A DNA stretch of 64,000 bases from Antedon mediterranea (Eukaryota; Animalia; Echinodermata). The notes under the pieces are model-generated. The model was not told where the DNA came from. It saw nothing but the letters and a program-made list of their open reading frames with translations, and did no database searches. Numbering within the stretch: the stretch's first letter is position 1; the number at the start of each line of letters is the position of its first letter. Made by a program: the position numbers and the translations under genes. Shown here piece by piece: positions 11,607-23,507 of this stretch. Location: NCBI RefSeq assembly GCF_964355755.1, contig NC_092670.1, positions 21,562,795-21,626,794 on the forward strand, read 5' to 3'.

Positions 11607-14600
11607 ATGAAGAGATACTTCGTTACATTTATGTGTTGTTTAGCAAATTGTTTATTTTACTGCATGAGACAGAACCTGAATATAGCTATTCTCAAAATGG
11701 CACAAGTGAACCACCAGCAGTTAACCAACATGAGCAACAGCAGCACCGACAACGAATATAGAAATGTAAGTTGTAAGTTAATGCGGACTGTTTACAGTAG
11801 GATTGTGGGTCCATTTGGCGGATCATGACAGTATCGGATGTGAAAATGTTTACTACTGATTGTTAAACCCAAAAAAATTGATATAAATCATTATTTCTGA
11901 AGGAAGAACAATGCTTGTTACGTCCAAAAGTCGAGCGGCGTTTTTTGTAAGAAATTCTGGGTTAAAACCCCATTTATGGCATAAGACAATTCTTTATTTT
12001 TGCTTTATTTTACTTCATCTTTAGATACGAACATTTGATTGGGATAAAGTTACACAGCAGATGGTACTCGGTGCCTTCTATTATGGGTATGTTCCTATGC
12101 CAGTGCCAGGTGCATGGTTGGCTGGAAAATATGGTGGCAAACTTGTAATCGGAGCTGGTGTGTTCTGGACGAGTTTTTTCACAGCGTTGATACCATGGGC
12201 GGCAGGAGTCAGTGTGGGACTATTAGTTACTTTACGGATTTTAGACGGTATTGGACAGGTTGGTGAACATTGTTGTTAGTTTAAAAATAAAATATATATA
12301 ACATACAAGGGGCTTCAAGTTCTAGATCCTGGAGATCTCTGTCGCAGGTTTCTGTTTCACTTGCACCTTTACTCTTATTTAATAAGTAAGATAAGTCAAT
12401 AGGCCTAAGCCTAACAAATCGTTTAGTAATCACCACAATATATTACGAAGAGAATTAAACCGAGGGGAACTAGTAGATCTAGATGGTGGTATTATTGTAA
12501 TTAAACATCGTCTTTTTAAACATAATTTTAGGGTTTAGCTGCTGCAGCTAACTATGTAATATTGTCGAAGTGGACTGTCCCAAGTGAGCGAACTACCATG
12601 ATATCGATTTCTGTCGGCGGTAAGTAAACGTTGACTATCCAATGAATCCGAATGCCAAATTCATTTGCCTTTTGCTAATTGTCAATTCAAACTTAAACTC
12701 TGTTTACATTATCAAAATAGTGCGATGTGCCCAAATGTGGTAGCGATATGCTTAAATATAGTAGTGATATGCCATCATCATGTCCATATATGGCCACATC
12801 AGATTTTGTTGTCACATAAAGTTTGATAGTGTAGACAGAGCTAAAAACTTCAAGAATGTTGTTTAAAATGACAGACAAAAGTTTACGATTATAAAGGCAA
12901 AACACTCGCATTAGTCTTTTGTACAATTACATACAAGGTAAGTATGCTTACTTTGCAACTTTATTAGCAGGGTTTTTACAAGTTATTTATAATTTCGGTT
13001 GATTCAACAGGAGTGACGCTTGGTTTGGTTATATCCAATTGTCTATCTGGTTGGATTTGTTCTTCGTACGCCATTGGTGGATGGCCTACATCATTTTATA
13101 CATACAGTAATTCAACTTTTAAATATTCTACGTTAAATAAATGTTGTAGATAACAATGTATTGTTTAACAATTTGTAACACTAACAATACAATGTTATCA
13201 ATCTACCGAATAAAATGTTATCAATCTACCGAATAAAATGTTATCAATCTACCGAATAAAATGTTATCAATCTACCGAATAAAATGTTATTAATCTACCG
13301 AATGAAATGTTATCAATCTACCGAATAAAATGTTATCAATCTCCTAATAAAATGTTATCAATCTACCGAATAAAATTTTATCAATCTACCGAATAAAATG
13401 TTATCAATCTACCGAATAAAATGTTATCAATCTACCGGATAAAATGTTATCAATCTACCGAATAAAATGTTATCAATCTACCGAATAAAATGTTATCAAT
13501 CTACCGAATAAAATGTTATCAATCTACCGAATAAAATGTTATCAATCTACCGAATAAAATGTTATCAATCTACCGAATAAAATGTTATCAATCTACCGAA
13601 TAATTTTTTTTCCTACCAAATTTTCATGACGATTGCTTGCGACCTTGCTTTATCAAAATGAAAGCAATGTAGTCCTACTTATAACCCCAACCATAGTGTG
13701 CGAATATATCGCTAAAACAATCAACCGAAATACGTTACTGCAATAAACAAAAATGTTCTTATGTTCAACACAATAATTAATATTTTTTTAAGGTATATTA
13801 GGTGTGATTTGGGTGATTATATGGGTTACACTGATCTATGAAACGCCGAATGAGGACCTTTGTATCTCAAAAAAAGAAGTTGAATATATAAATCGTGGTG
13901 TCACCCAGTCTCATCAAAAGGTGATTTATAATGAAATAATCTTTCTTTTGCAAAAAGATATATTTCAATATTGTATTTGCACCAATGATTAATAATAATG
14001 AATGTATTTTACTGCAAACATTACCGTATATAGAACGTTCCATGGCGGGCTATTCTGATGTCACCACCAGTCTGGGCAATTGTAATCAGCGACACAATGT
14101 TTGAATTCGCATGGAATCTTGTTTTATTAGAAATACCGATGTTTTTGTCTACAATATTTGAATGCGACGTCCTAACGGTAAGGAATATTTCACATTTCCC
14201 ATCTTTTCTGTTTAGTTGTTGGTTTTACCTTTACACTCATTTTGGTGTATCAAACTGTCCTCGTAATAGGACGCGTTCGATTTCCCATGACATGGATATA
14301 ACAATAGTAATTCTTTATTGTGGACTATAATTAGAATCATGCGCGGAACTTGCCCGTCCCTATGTCCTAACAAAAGCTCCTTTAATGATGATGCATTCTG
14401 AACCAATTGTTTTCAGTAGGCTGCCGTGTATCTCACTTAGTTTGTATTACCTTCTCTAAATCCAGACAAGCCTCAGAGCCACTCTTTAAGAGACTAAAAA
14501 TATTAAACGTTTATGATATTTACAAAGTAAACGTCATAGGATTTATGGCAAACGTAAAATTCAATGAATTACCACATCACATTTTAAATATTTTTAATTA

Positions 14601-16538
14601 CTGTGACAGTATTAGGCCTACTCATAACCTCAGAACAGAAACTGAATTCGAAATTCCCTTCACAAGACTAACTTGCAGTCAACAGTTATATACACATTAT
14701 GGACCAAAATTGTGGAAAGAATTCACTTGTAATGGTGGTAATATTAAACCGGTTATCTTAAAGAAACAAAATAAATGTTTGTTTGTTTGTTTGTTTTTAT
14801 TTTTTGCTCATATAAAAATCAACAGTGGTACAGAAAATATATATACATCAAAAGTCGCAGACTTAACAAACAACAAAATCAGAACAAAGACAACAAAAAA
14901 CGAGTAGGAGCAAAGGATAACCCTCTAAACCCGGAGGTTTGTATCCTGAGGGGTCCCGTATAAAATGTATGAAAAAACAGGTCAAAAAATACATTTTATC
15001 ACTTTATGCTGATTAACAACACCTTTGTTTATTTAAGTTCTATATACTTGTTCTTATGTAAAAGGGTCCTACAAAATACGAAGCTAACAACACCTTTAAT
15101 GCAGGATCCCTGTTTTCAGTTGTACTGTAATTATGATGTACTGTAATTGATGACTAAATAAAATTATGTGGAATAAATGAAATATACACTTAAAAAAAGG
15201 TTTTTCCTCTAGGCCGGTGGCTTAACGTCAGCTCCACTTGCTGCTCGGTTTATAACATGTTTACTGACGGCTGTCGCTGCTGACTACATCATTCAAAGAG
15301 AATACTTGAGTATTTTAAAAACCAGAAAACTATTTGCCATTATAGGTACGTAACCGTATTTGTAAAATGATGCGCATTATTGTTGCACAAAAAAGTGCAT
15401 AATTAGGCTACTGTGCGACATAATAATAATTCTAAGTTGTCTCTCTGATTTTTTAAAAAACATCATCAACATTTTTTCTGCCTCTGTTAAGTATGACTTT
15501 TAATCTATTCCTATGAATCAAAGTAATATAAGTTTTTTTCTCCTAGATCTTGGTGTTTCTGCTGCCTGTTTCTTCATAATGAGCTATGTAGGCCACTCTC
15601 TCGTAGCATCAGTCGTTCTACTTATCATCTCGTTTAGTGCACTTGGTTTCAACACCTCTAGTGTTGACACGAACCCTGCAGATATCAGTCCGAATTATGC
15701 CGGTATTATTGCAGGACTCATGATGTCTATTTCGAGCTGCACTGGATTTGTTGTTCCAATAATTACTGGTCTTTTACTTGAAGAACACGTACGTAATAAT
15801 CATTTAAATATTATTAAATAGGCCTACCCCTCGTCGAGTTTTCAATCTACTGCTGCGGTAAACAGCATCAAACTTTTATGTTAATTAGCTATCACGTATG
15901 TAAGCGTCTCCCCAATCACAAACGAACACTTTTGATTATCTCTAGGCTGAACTTGAGAGCATACAACAATGGTTTGCTCTCTGCTCGATCCGACTTTGCA
16001 CGCGTATACGTACAACTAGGCCTACTGTAGCATAGCCTACGTTTATGACGTTTTGACAAACCTCTTTCTTGAATCTGACTTACTCTTCTAGGTCAGGATT
16101 GCACAGATTACAACTTAATAGACTCCTCGTCGTAAACATAAACAAATTATAACCCAAAAACTTACAATAATATTGTTTGTCCATTCTTATGTTTCGTCGT
16201 CGGCTGACATTTTAGGCAGTCATTTTCCGCACATTACGTAGCTAGAGCTCGAGAGAAGTTTCTGATTGGTCGGTAGTTCATTGCCATGACAACGGATTTT
16301 TTTTCATATTTTTAGATTAGAAGAACCGAACGTTATTTTGATCCAAATTACAAATAGATTATTATTTTTATTTTACGTTCAGAATACATTTAAAGAATGG
16401 TCAGTGCTTTTCCAATTAACTGCCGGGATTGAATTATTTGGATTGGTTTTCTATCTTATATTTGCAAAAGGAGAAGAACAAGAATGGTCTAAAACTGAAG
16501 CAATAGAAGAAACAGAAAACTTGGTTATTAAAGAATAA
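11607..16538 (+). CDS. SLC17/sialin-like MFS anion transporter
   Basis: Exons 11607-11765, 12025-12258 (FDWDKVTQQMVLGAFYYGY), 12532-12619 (KWTVPSERT), 13011-13106 (GGWPTSFY), 13793-13920, 14034-14177 (VPWRAILMSPPVWAI), 15213-15345, 15547-15788 (DISPNYAGII), 16383-16538 (FAKGEEQEW). These are SLC17 signature motifs. The start codon is uncertain because an upstream exon is possible. Confidence 0.88.
12693..12844. mobile_element. PIF/Harbinger-like MITE family A (TIR AGCTCTGTCTACACTATCAAAC)
   Basis: TIR ...gtttgatagtgtagacagagct with internal aaatatggtagtgatatg repeats; related copies at 29732, 42691, 43300, 47495 and 63400; TAA/TTA flanks. Confidence 0.8.
13191..13602 (+). repeat. 23-bp minisatellite (AAAATGTTATCAATCTACCGAAT), ~18 copies, intronic
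   Basis: Head-to-tail near-identical units with no spacers. Confidence 0.95.
14420..15180 (+). mobile_element. 5'-truncated LINE (L2/CR1-group) 3' remnant in an SLC17 intron
   Basis: ORF 14407..14907 reads SEPLFKRLKILNVYDIYK...THNLRT...YGPKLW, the typical C-terminus of L2/CR1-group ORF2, followed by an AATAAA-type tail. Confidence 0.7.
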
Positions 16539-16619
16539 CAATTATTATATTGTATACTGTTCATTACCAATACTTAACGGCAACAATGAACAACGAAAGC
16601 AATTATAGAACTGCGTATG

Positions 16620-18780
16620 TCACAAACTGGCGCTGTGTTTGGTCAAATTGTAATGCAAAACTTGCAAGAAGAATGTTACTTTACGCAGATAATAAAACAC
16701 CAGTTATAGATATTTTAAGTTCTTTGGATTGGTTTAAATTTAGTGATAAATGGGAAGAACAATTACTTATAATGTTATTCAAGTGTCTAAATGATCATGC
16801 TCCCTGTTACTTATCGACAAAATGTATTCTTATATTAATGATTGCTTGCATACATTAATATTACTAGATGGTACGCTCGCTTCGCTCGCGTACCATCTAG
16901 GTCGTGCCCACAGATGGTTCTCGAATACATAATAATTTCAGTGTTAAAAAACTGGTGATTTCAAATGTACGTACAATAATACATGTCGTTTACAGGAATG
17001 AATAAATAGACACTGATTTATGTACTCAACTAAAATTAGCACCCTGGGAATTACTTCCGAAAGAGAAACTTGTCACAAAATGAGACCAATTGTTTAAGTC
17101 AAATTTAAACAAACTTAATTTGTGTTTTGTATGTAACATTAGGAGTGAGGGATGGGGAAGAGAATGGGTGCAGAGAGGAACAATTTTTAAATATATTAAA
17201 TATATTCTTTATCCATTTAGTAACGAAATATTAATTGTTTTCATGTTTTACAAATAATATATCACTAAACACAGTAAAACATTGCTATGTAATACTTTGT
17301 TGAAACTATCACCGTCCTAGTCGATTGAAATAGTACAGTACATGTAACGATACATCACTGCGACGTGTATGTTTATATAATGTAAAACAATTTGTGAAAA
17401 CCACCTCTATTCGGGGAAAATCATAAAATCGATTTAATCGTCAAATAAAAATTAAATTATCTAACTCAACTTTATTGGTAGGCCTAATGGTTTTCAATTG
17501 TTTCTTAGAGCAAATTCATACTTAAGTTGGTTCCTACCCTACCCACCAAAGTTGTTCTGCGTTTAGGGGATGTGATGCACCGTCTCCGTAGGCCTATCCT
17601 CTACTGGCTTTACAACGCTACTCATGCCAGTGAGGGAAGGGTGATGATGTGGGTGGTTTAAATGCAATAATAAAGATTTGTACATAATATACGGCGACTG
17701 AAAACGCTAGCTCATTATCCGTTTAAAAAAAATTATATCCAACCTCTGCAGCACAGATTGAAAAAAAAAATGGATCGAATTTCTGTTATGAGTAGGCCTA
17801 TACAGTACTTGCCTTTACGACGCCTGATAAATGAGGGAAAAGACACTTGTGGAACAGAGATTGGAATGTTCCATTCATCGCAAATCAATACATTTGTATA
17901 AACGTATATTAAATCTTCCGTTAAAAAACAATTATAACCAACCTCTGCAGCACAGATTGAAAAAAAAATGGATCGAATTTCTGTTATGAGTATACAGTAC
18001 TTGCCTTTACGACGCCTGAGGGAATAGACACTCATCGCAAATCAATACATTTGTATAAACGTATATTAAATCTATCAAAATAGTATTTTTTAAAGAAAAG
18101 CGGCCTGTCTTCAACATTATGATGCTGTACTCGAGCTGTTCAACCGGTTTTCAGCCATTAAAAACAATTATCGTAGGAGGAGATAGGAAAATGCGAAGCA
18201 TCCTCGTATTATTGTCTGTGGGTATTTTTCAAGACGGACATCCATTAGACAGTGTATACCACGATCGAAAAACACCCCTATTTGGGGCAAATCGTTGAAC
18301 CTAAATTCGTTTTAATTGTCAATAACTAATTATCTAACTCAATTTAATTAGTAAACAGGGTTACATCAGGTGGTTAAAATCAGTACCGAGATTCTAACCA
18401 ACTTTATATACCATCGAGTAAACATTCTAGAAATAACGCGCGATTTACCGAATTTTGCCCTTACGTAAATTTATATATAGATACACGTAGTCAGAGTAAT
18501 AATACACTTATTGAACCATCATGAAAAAATACAAAGGTAAAAGAACTTTGTATTGTATATCGATCAACCAAATTATGGAACAAACTTTAAAATTACACAA
18601 AAGCAAACTATAAATCTATAGGCCTATAAAATTACAAAATGTTGTAGGAGGGATGAAAATCGAAGGTGACGTGAGTACTAACATAAATTGTGAAGTTTGT
18701 ATGTGTGTATACTACTCATGTAAGTTGTCTGAATTATTATTTATTATATTGTTAATGTTCTCTGCAGCTGAACAACTTTG
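16620..18780 (+). mobile_element. Decayed LINE 3' remnant, split by a Helitron
   Basis: ARRMLL...ILSSLDW...MLFKCLNDHAPCYLS before 16863 resumes after 18482 as TRSQSNNTL...GKRT...YRSTKLWNKL (with frameshifts). Outer boundaries are approximate. Confidence 0.65.
16864..18481 (-). mobile_element. Non-autonomous Helitron
   Basis: The minus strand starts TC(TATATATAA) at 18481 and ends CTAG at 16864, inserted between A and T. A GC hairpin at the 3' end reads ctagatggtacgc-tcgcttcgctc-gcgtaccatctag. There is no TSD. An internal duplication pairs ~17730-17915 with ~17930-18075. Confidence 0.8.
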
Positions 18781-19283
18781 GAAATCAATGCATTCAGTAT
18801 AAAGACAGAATAAAAAAATAAATGCTTACAAAAGAGTAATTTTTTAGAAAAATGAACAATGTTTTATTTTGGTTTTTAACTACCGAACCAATTTCACGAA
18901 ATAGCCTACACACTATGTTTTGATGACAGCGGCGCTATACAATATGCCAATTCAATTCAAAAACATGGTAAGACAAATAATACAAATAATACAAGAATAA
19001 TAAACAATAAGAAACATAAGATAACAGAAAGTACAGTTATCGTAATATTTCTGCGCTATGCGTACTATAGATTCTGGTATCCAAGTAGTTGCGCGTACAT
19101 GTTGAATGCGCCAACAAAAAGCATGTGTTGCCAAGTATGTCAGTAACATCAAATGACAGCGCAAAGAAAAGGCAGTATACGTGTGCTTAATAATGAGTTA
19201 ACTTGAAACAAATAACATGCAGTGTTTAGTACCGTGTAAAACATGGTAGGCCTTTATATTATGAAGTAAACTAGACCCAAACC

Positions 19284-22200
19284 ATGAACGAAGACGTGTC
19301 GAAAATCTTGTATAAGAAAGTTTGCGTTTATATGAGAAATCGGAAGAAACGCGTACAGTTTCCACTGAATCACAATCTTTACCGATCGGAAAGTTTGTCA
19401 AAAGATTTGAGGTTGCTGAAATGTGATAACTACGAGTCAGCGGGACCTTATGAGTCGCACGTGTTTGGGGAGAGATATGACTTGGATCATTTGAAGGCCC
19501 ATGTTACCTTAACAGATATAAACCAAATAGTTAAAAAAGATCCTCATATATTTGAGGAACTTAATCAAAAGGGTTTTATATTTGCACATTTAAATATACG
19601 TAGCCTAGACTTACATTTTGATGAATTGCAACGTATTCTAAATAACAACAATTTCAATGTTTTTGGCTTAAGCGAAACATTTCTCGATAATACATTTATT
19701 GATGAAGATTTTCATGTTGACAACTATATATTACACAGACTAGATAGACGTAAAACTAAAAAAGGTGGAGGTGTAGCACTCTATATAAATCTAAAAACCA
19801 ACCACAAAATTAGGAATGATCTAATGTGTAGGCCTAATGAACTCGAACTCCTATCTATTGAAATAGTACGTGATAAATGTAAAAATCTAATTGTTCTATT
19901 GTGGTATAGACCTCCAAATACTACAGCAGTTCTTTTTGAATATTTACAAAATATATTTCAAAAGATTGAACTGGAACACAAAGATATTATGATGATGGGA
20001 GATTTAAACTGTGACGTTATGTCTGACAATCCACATTGCTACACAAAGAAACTAATTGAATTAAGTGAAAATTTTAATCTAAAACAGATCATTGAAGAAC
20101 CAACACGTATAGAAAAACATTCCTCTACATTAATAGATGTCATGTATTTCTCAAATGTTTCTAAAATATTAAAGTCTGGAGTTATCCACGTCGGCTTAAG
20201 TGACCACTCAATGCCATTCGCTATAATAGGGAAAGGGGCGAAAAATAATAAAGATTCCAAAAAAACAAATAAAATTATTAAACAGGATCATAATTATAAA
20301 ATGACACGAAACTTTAAAAAATTTAATGAAGACAGTTTTTTAAACGATTTATTAATGGTAAATTGGAATGGTATTACAGCCAGTGGCGACGTAAGTCAGA
20401 GTGCCAAACTTCTCGAAACTACACTAACCAACATTTTAGATAAACATGCTCCTTGGAAAAAACACAGGGTACGTAAAAAAACAGCTCCTTGGCTCTCTGA
20501 TGATGTAATTGAAAATATGAGAGAAAGAGATAAACTCAAAAGAGAATGTAAACATTCTAAAAATGAATCACTCTGGAAAAGGTACAGAAAGTATAGAAAT
20601 ATGTGCAATAAATTAATACGTAAAAGTAAAGCTAATTTTATTCAAGAAAGTATAAAAGAAAATAAAAACGATGTAAAAAAAACATGGGATACCATAAGAT
20701 ATATTATATCGTCAAAAAAGAAAACTCAAACTATTCAAACAATTTGCAATGATAATGGCGATGTCCTCTATAAAGCCAAGGACATCGCAAATGAAATTAA
20801 TACATTTTTCTCAAATATAGGTTCAAATCTTGCATCACAAATACATGAGCCGATAAATGATATAAATTATGATGAAATCGATGCTTTCACCGAAAATAAT
20901 TTTGAATTCGAACACATCACATGTGAATTTGTATATAAATACTTAAATAATCTTTCAAAAAACAAAGCCACTGGTCATGATAACTTACCACCGGGCATTC
21001 TAAAACTGTCTGCCCCGATTATATCCCCAACAATTACAAGAATTATAAATCACTCCTTCACAACATGTAAATTCCCAAATACGTGGAAAATAGCAAAGGT
21101 CACGCCAATTTTTAAGAATGGTGAAAAAACTAACCCTAATAATTATCGTCCCATTTCCGTCCTACCTATACTTTCAAAAATAATTGAACGAGTCGTTTTT
21201 AATCAACTTTATGCTTTTTTGAATAATAATAATCTGTTATGTATAAATCAATCAGGTTTTCGACCATCATACTCAACATCTACTGCACTTACAAAAGTGA
21301 CGGAAGACTGGTATAGTGCAATAGACGAGGGTAAGCTGGTCGGAATCTGTTTACTAGATTTTAAAAAGGCCTTTGATACGGTAAACCATAACATACTATT
21401 AAGCAAATTGAGACTTTATGGTTTAAGTAAATATGTTTTAAAATGGTTCGAGAGCTATCTGTCTGAGCGAAAGCAATTCACAAATGTAAATAATACATTG
21501 TCTGACTATACACACATCCAATGTGGAGTGCCTCGGGGGTCAATCGTGGGCCCACTTGCTTTCCTCTTATATATAAATGACCTATCGAAAGTTGCAAACA
21601 AATGTAAAATAAGTATGTATGCTGACGATACTATAATTTATTGTTCTTCAAAAAATGAAAATGAAATATACCAAAGTATAAATGAAGAACTTATACAAAT
21701 CGACGATTGGCTAAAAAATAATAAATTGAGTCTAAATGTCTCTAAATCCGAGTTCATGTTGATCGGATCGACAAACCGATTGGCAACCACCAAAGAAAAA
21801 AATAGATCAGTTAATATAGATAACGATGTTGTACCACGCGTTCTATATTGCAAACATCTCGGTATCATAATAGACGAACATTTATCATGGAAAAATCAGA
21901 TTGAATACATTCGAGGTAAAGCTCTAAATGGATTGGGTATGCTTAGACGATGTAGCTATTATTTTCCACAAAACATATTAAAACATATTGCAAACTCTAT
22001 TGTAATACCTTACTTGAGCTATTGTAACATAATTTGGGGAAATAGTAGTCAAACTCTAATGAAAAGAGTTCAAACTATCCAAAACAGAACAGCTCGAATC
22101 GTGTGTGGTCTAACATGGGACACACCTAGTAGTGAGGCACTAAGGCAAATTAATTGGTCACCTTTATTTTATCAAGATAGATATGAATGTTGTATGGTTA

Positions 22201-22436
22201 TATATAAGGTTTTGACAGATAATGCCCCACCTTACCTAAATAATGTATTTACATTCAATGATATAAATTATAATCTAAGGAACAGTGATACACATCTATT
22301 CATCCCAAAGCCAAAAACAGATTTTAAAAAACGAAGTCTGTCTTATCGTGGAGCAATTATATGGAATAGTCTCAATATTGATACCCTTCCAAAATCAGTT
22401 AAGTTGTTTAAAACGTATCTGAAAAATGCATTGTAA
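19284..22436 (+). CDS. LINE ORF2: APE endonuclease plus reverse transcriptase (L2/CR1 group)
   Basis: Open 1050-aa ORF. APE motifs HLNIRSL, LSETFL, GGGVALY, YRPP, GDLN, SDH. RT motifs YRPISVLP, QSGFR, LDFKKAFDTV, YADD (21618-21629). Confidence 0.97.
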   Translation: MNEDVSKILYKKVCVYMRNRKKRVQFPLNHNLYRSESLSKDLRLLKCDNYESAGPYESHVFGERYDLDHLKAHVTLTDINQIVKKDPHIFEELNQKGFIFAHLNIRSLDLHFDELQRILNNNNFNVFGLSETFLDNTFIDEDFHVDNYILHRLDRRKTKKGGGVALYINLKTNHKIRNDLMCRPNELELLSIEIVRDKCKNLIVLLWYRPPNTTAVLFEYLQNIFQKIELEHKDIMMMGDLNCDVMSDNPHCYTKKLIELSENFNLKQIIEEPTRIEKHSSTLIDVMYFSNVSKILKSGVIHVGLSDHSMPFAIIGKGAKNNKDSKKTNKIIKQDHNYKMTRNFKKFNEDSFLNDLLMVNWNGITASGDVSQSAKLLETTLTNILDKHAPWKKHRVRKKTAPWLSDDVIENMRERDKLKRECKHSKNESLWKRYRKYRNMCNKLIRKSKANFIQESIKENKNDVKKTWDTIRYIISSKKKTQTIQTICNDNGDVLYKAKDIANEINTFFSNIGSNLASQIHEPINDINYDEIDAFTENNFEFEHITCEFVYKYLNNLSKNKATGHDNLPPGILKLSAPIISPTITRIINHSFTTCKFPNTWKIAKVTPIFKNGEKTNPNNYRPISVLPILSKIIERVVFNQLYAFLNNNNLLCINQSGFRPSYSTSTALTKVTEDWYSAIDEGKLVGICLLDFKKAFDTVNHNILLSKLRLYGLSKYVLKWFESYLSERKQFTNVNNTLSDYTHIQCGVPRGSIVGPLAFLLYINDLSKVANKCKISMYADDTIIYCSSKNENEIYQSINEELIQIDDWLKNNKLSLNVSKSEFMLIGSTNRLATTKEKNRSVNIDNDVVPRVLYCKHLGIIIDEHLSWKNQIEYIRGKALNGLGMLRRCSYYFPQNILKHIANSIVIPYLSYCNIIWGNSSQTLMKRVQTIQNRTARIVCGLTWDTPSSEALRQINWSPLFYQDRYECCMVIYKVLTDNAPPYLNNVFTFNDINYNLRNSDTHLFIPKPKTDFKKRSLSYRGAIIWNSLNIDTLPKSVKLFKTYLKNAL

Positions 22437-22561
22437 AACATAATGGTATGGTAATCTACGATCTACATCCAACTTTTAAAATGGCTAAATACTATGTAAA
22501 ATGTGTGTTTTATCACTATTATTTTAACGTCAATGAAATCCAAAAGATTTATTATGTATTA

Positions 22562-22669
22562 CAGTTGAATCCCCATGAATTATACACTTCGATAAGGGTT
22601 TCCGTTTACACGGGAAGTACCGGTATGGTGTACCCTAAATAGAGGTGTCAGATGAAGGGGATTCTGCTG
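22562..22669. mobile_element. Small Tc1/mariner-type MITE inside the LINE 3' UTR
   Basis: TA-CAGTTGAATCCCC ... GGGGATTCTGCTG-TA; a related decayed copy lies at ~58733-58804. Confidence 0.6.
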
Positions 22670-23032
22670 TAATTTTGTTTCTTTTCAATTTCAATTTTTT
22701 TCGTTTCTGTTGTATTTATATGGTGTTGATTTTTTTTGTTTTGTAATACAGTATCACGAACTTGTGTAAAAACAATCAATATTGATTGAACGAGTTGTAC
22801 TGCACATCAGTCTCGTGTCTAAATAAAGTTTATATATATAACTGAAGGTAGGCCTAGTTATTTGCTATCTTTAGGTCTATACCTTAGTTCAATATTTATA
22901 AATCCAAGTACTTGTTTATTGTTTTTAGCCTAGTATGTATTGATGATTTCTCAAAGTTGTTGGATCGAAGACTAATAAAAGATGATTAGGTTCTCATCAA
23001 CAAACATGTCAAACTACCTATCCTATTTAGAC

Positions 23033-23411
23033 TAAAGATTGGTTCCGACGCGCAAGGAGGGATCGTCGGGAAGGACGACCGTAGGCGCAGCGCAAGTGAG
23101 TAATTTGACCAAAAACAAGAAACACTTCGGTCGATCCATCGCGTCGTGTGTATTATTACGTGGTCAAATTACTTGCGGTGCACTTACGTCTTTGCGTTGG
23201 CTCTAAAGCGTGGTTCCCACTAGCGACGCAACGCAAGAACGTAACGCAACGCAAGTGAATTGACCAATCACAAGCGATGGCTTATTCGCTTGTGATTGCT
23301 AACTGTCTATAACTTCGCTTGTCATTGGTTAAAACGCTTGCGTTGCGTTTACGTCCTTGCGTTGCGTTCTAGTGGGAACCAAGCTTTAGCATAGAAGTGG
23401 GACCAATCTTA
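23033..23411. mobile_element. Nested Harbinger-like MITEs (younger copy 23206-23386 inside an older relative)
   Basis: Inner TIRs AGCGTGGTTCCCACTAG/CTAGTGGGAACCAAGCT with ACGCA repeats; outer ends AAGATTGGTTCC/GGGACCAATCTT. Confidence 0.7.
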
Positions 23412-23507
23412 TACAACGTAACCATCGAAAGCTTTAGCAGTCGTTATTTCAGATACGAGTTTAAACATTTTAGAATAGTTATAATATCGTTGTTTTTAAT
23501 CAATTAG

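Larger units (their letters stand above)
18930..22840 (+). mobile_element. Non-LTR retrotransposon (L2/CR1 group), no ORF1 apparent
   Basis: Contains the ORF2 above; the 3' UTR ends AATAAA followed by a (TA)n tail near 22840. The 5' boundary is a guess and no TSD was found. Confidence 0.75.

Noticed and set aside
13191-13602. CRISPR-like array
   Set aside because: Head-to-tail 23-mers without unique spacers, in a eukaryotic intron, with no cas genes.
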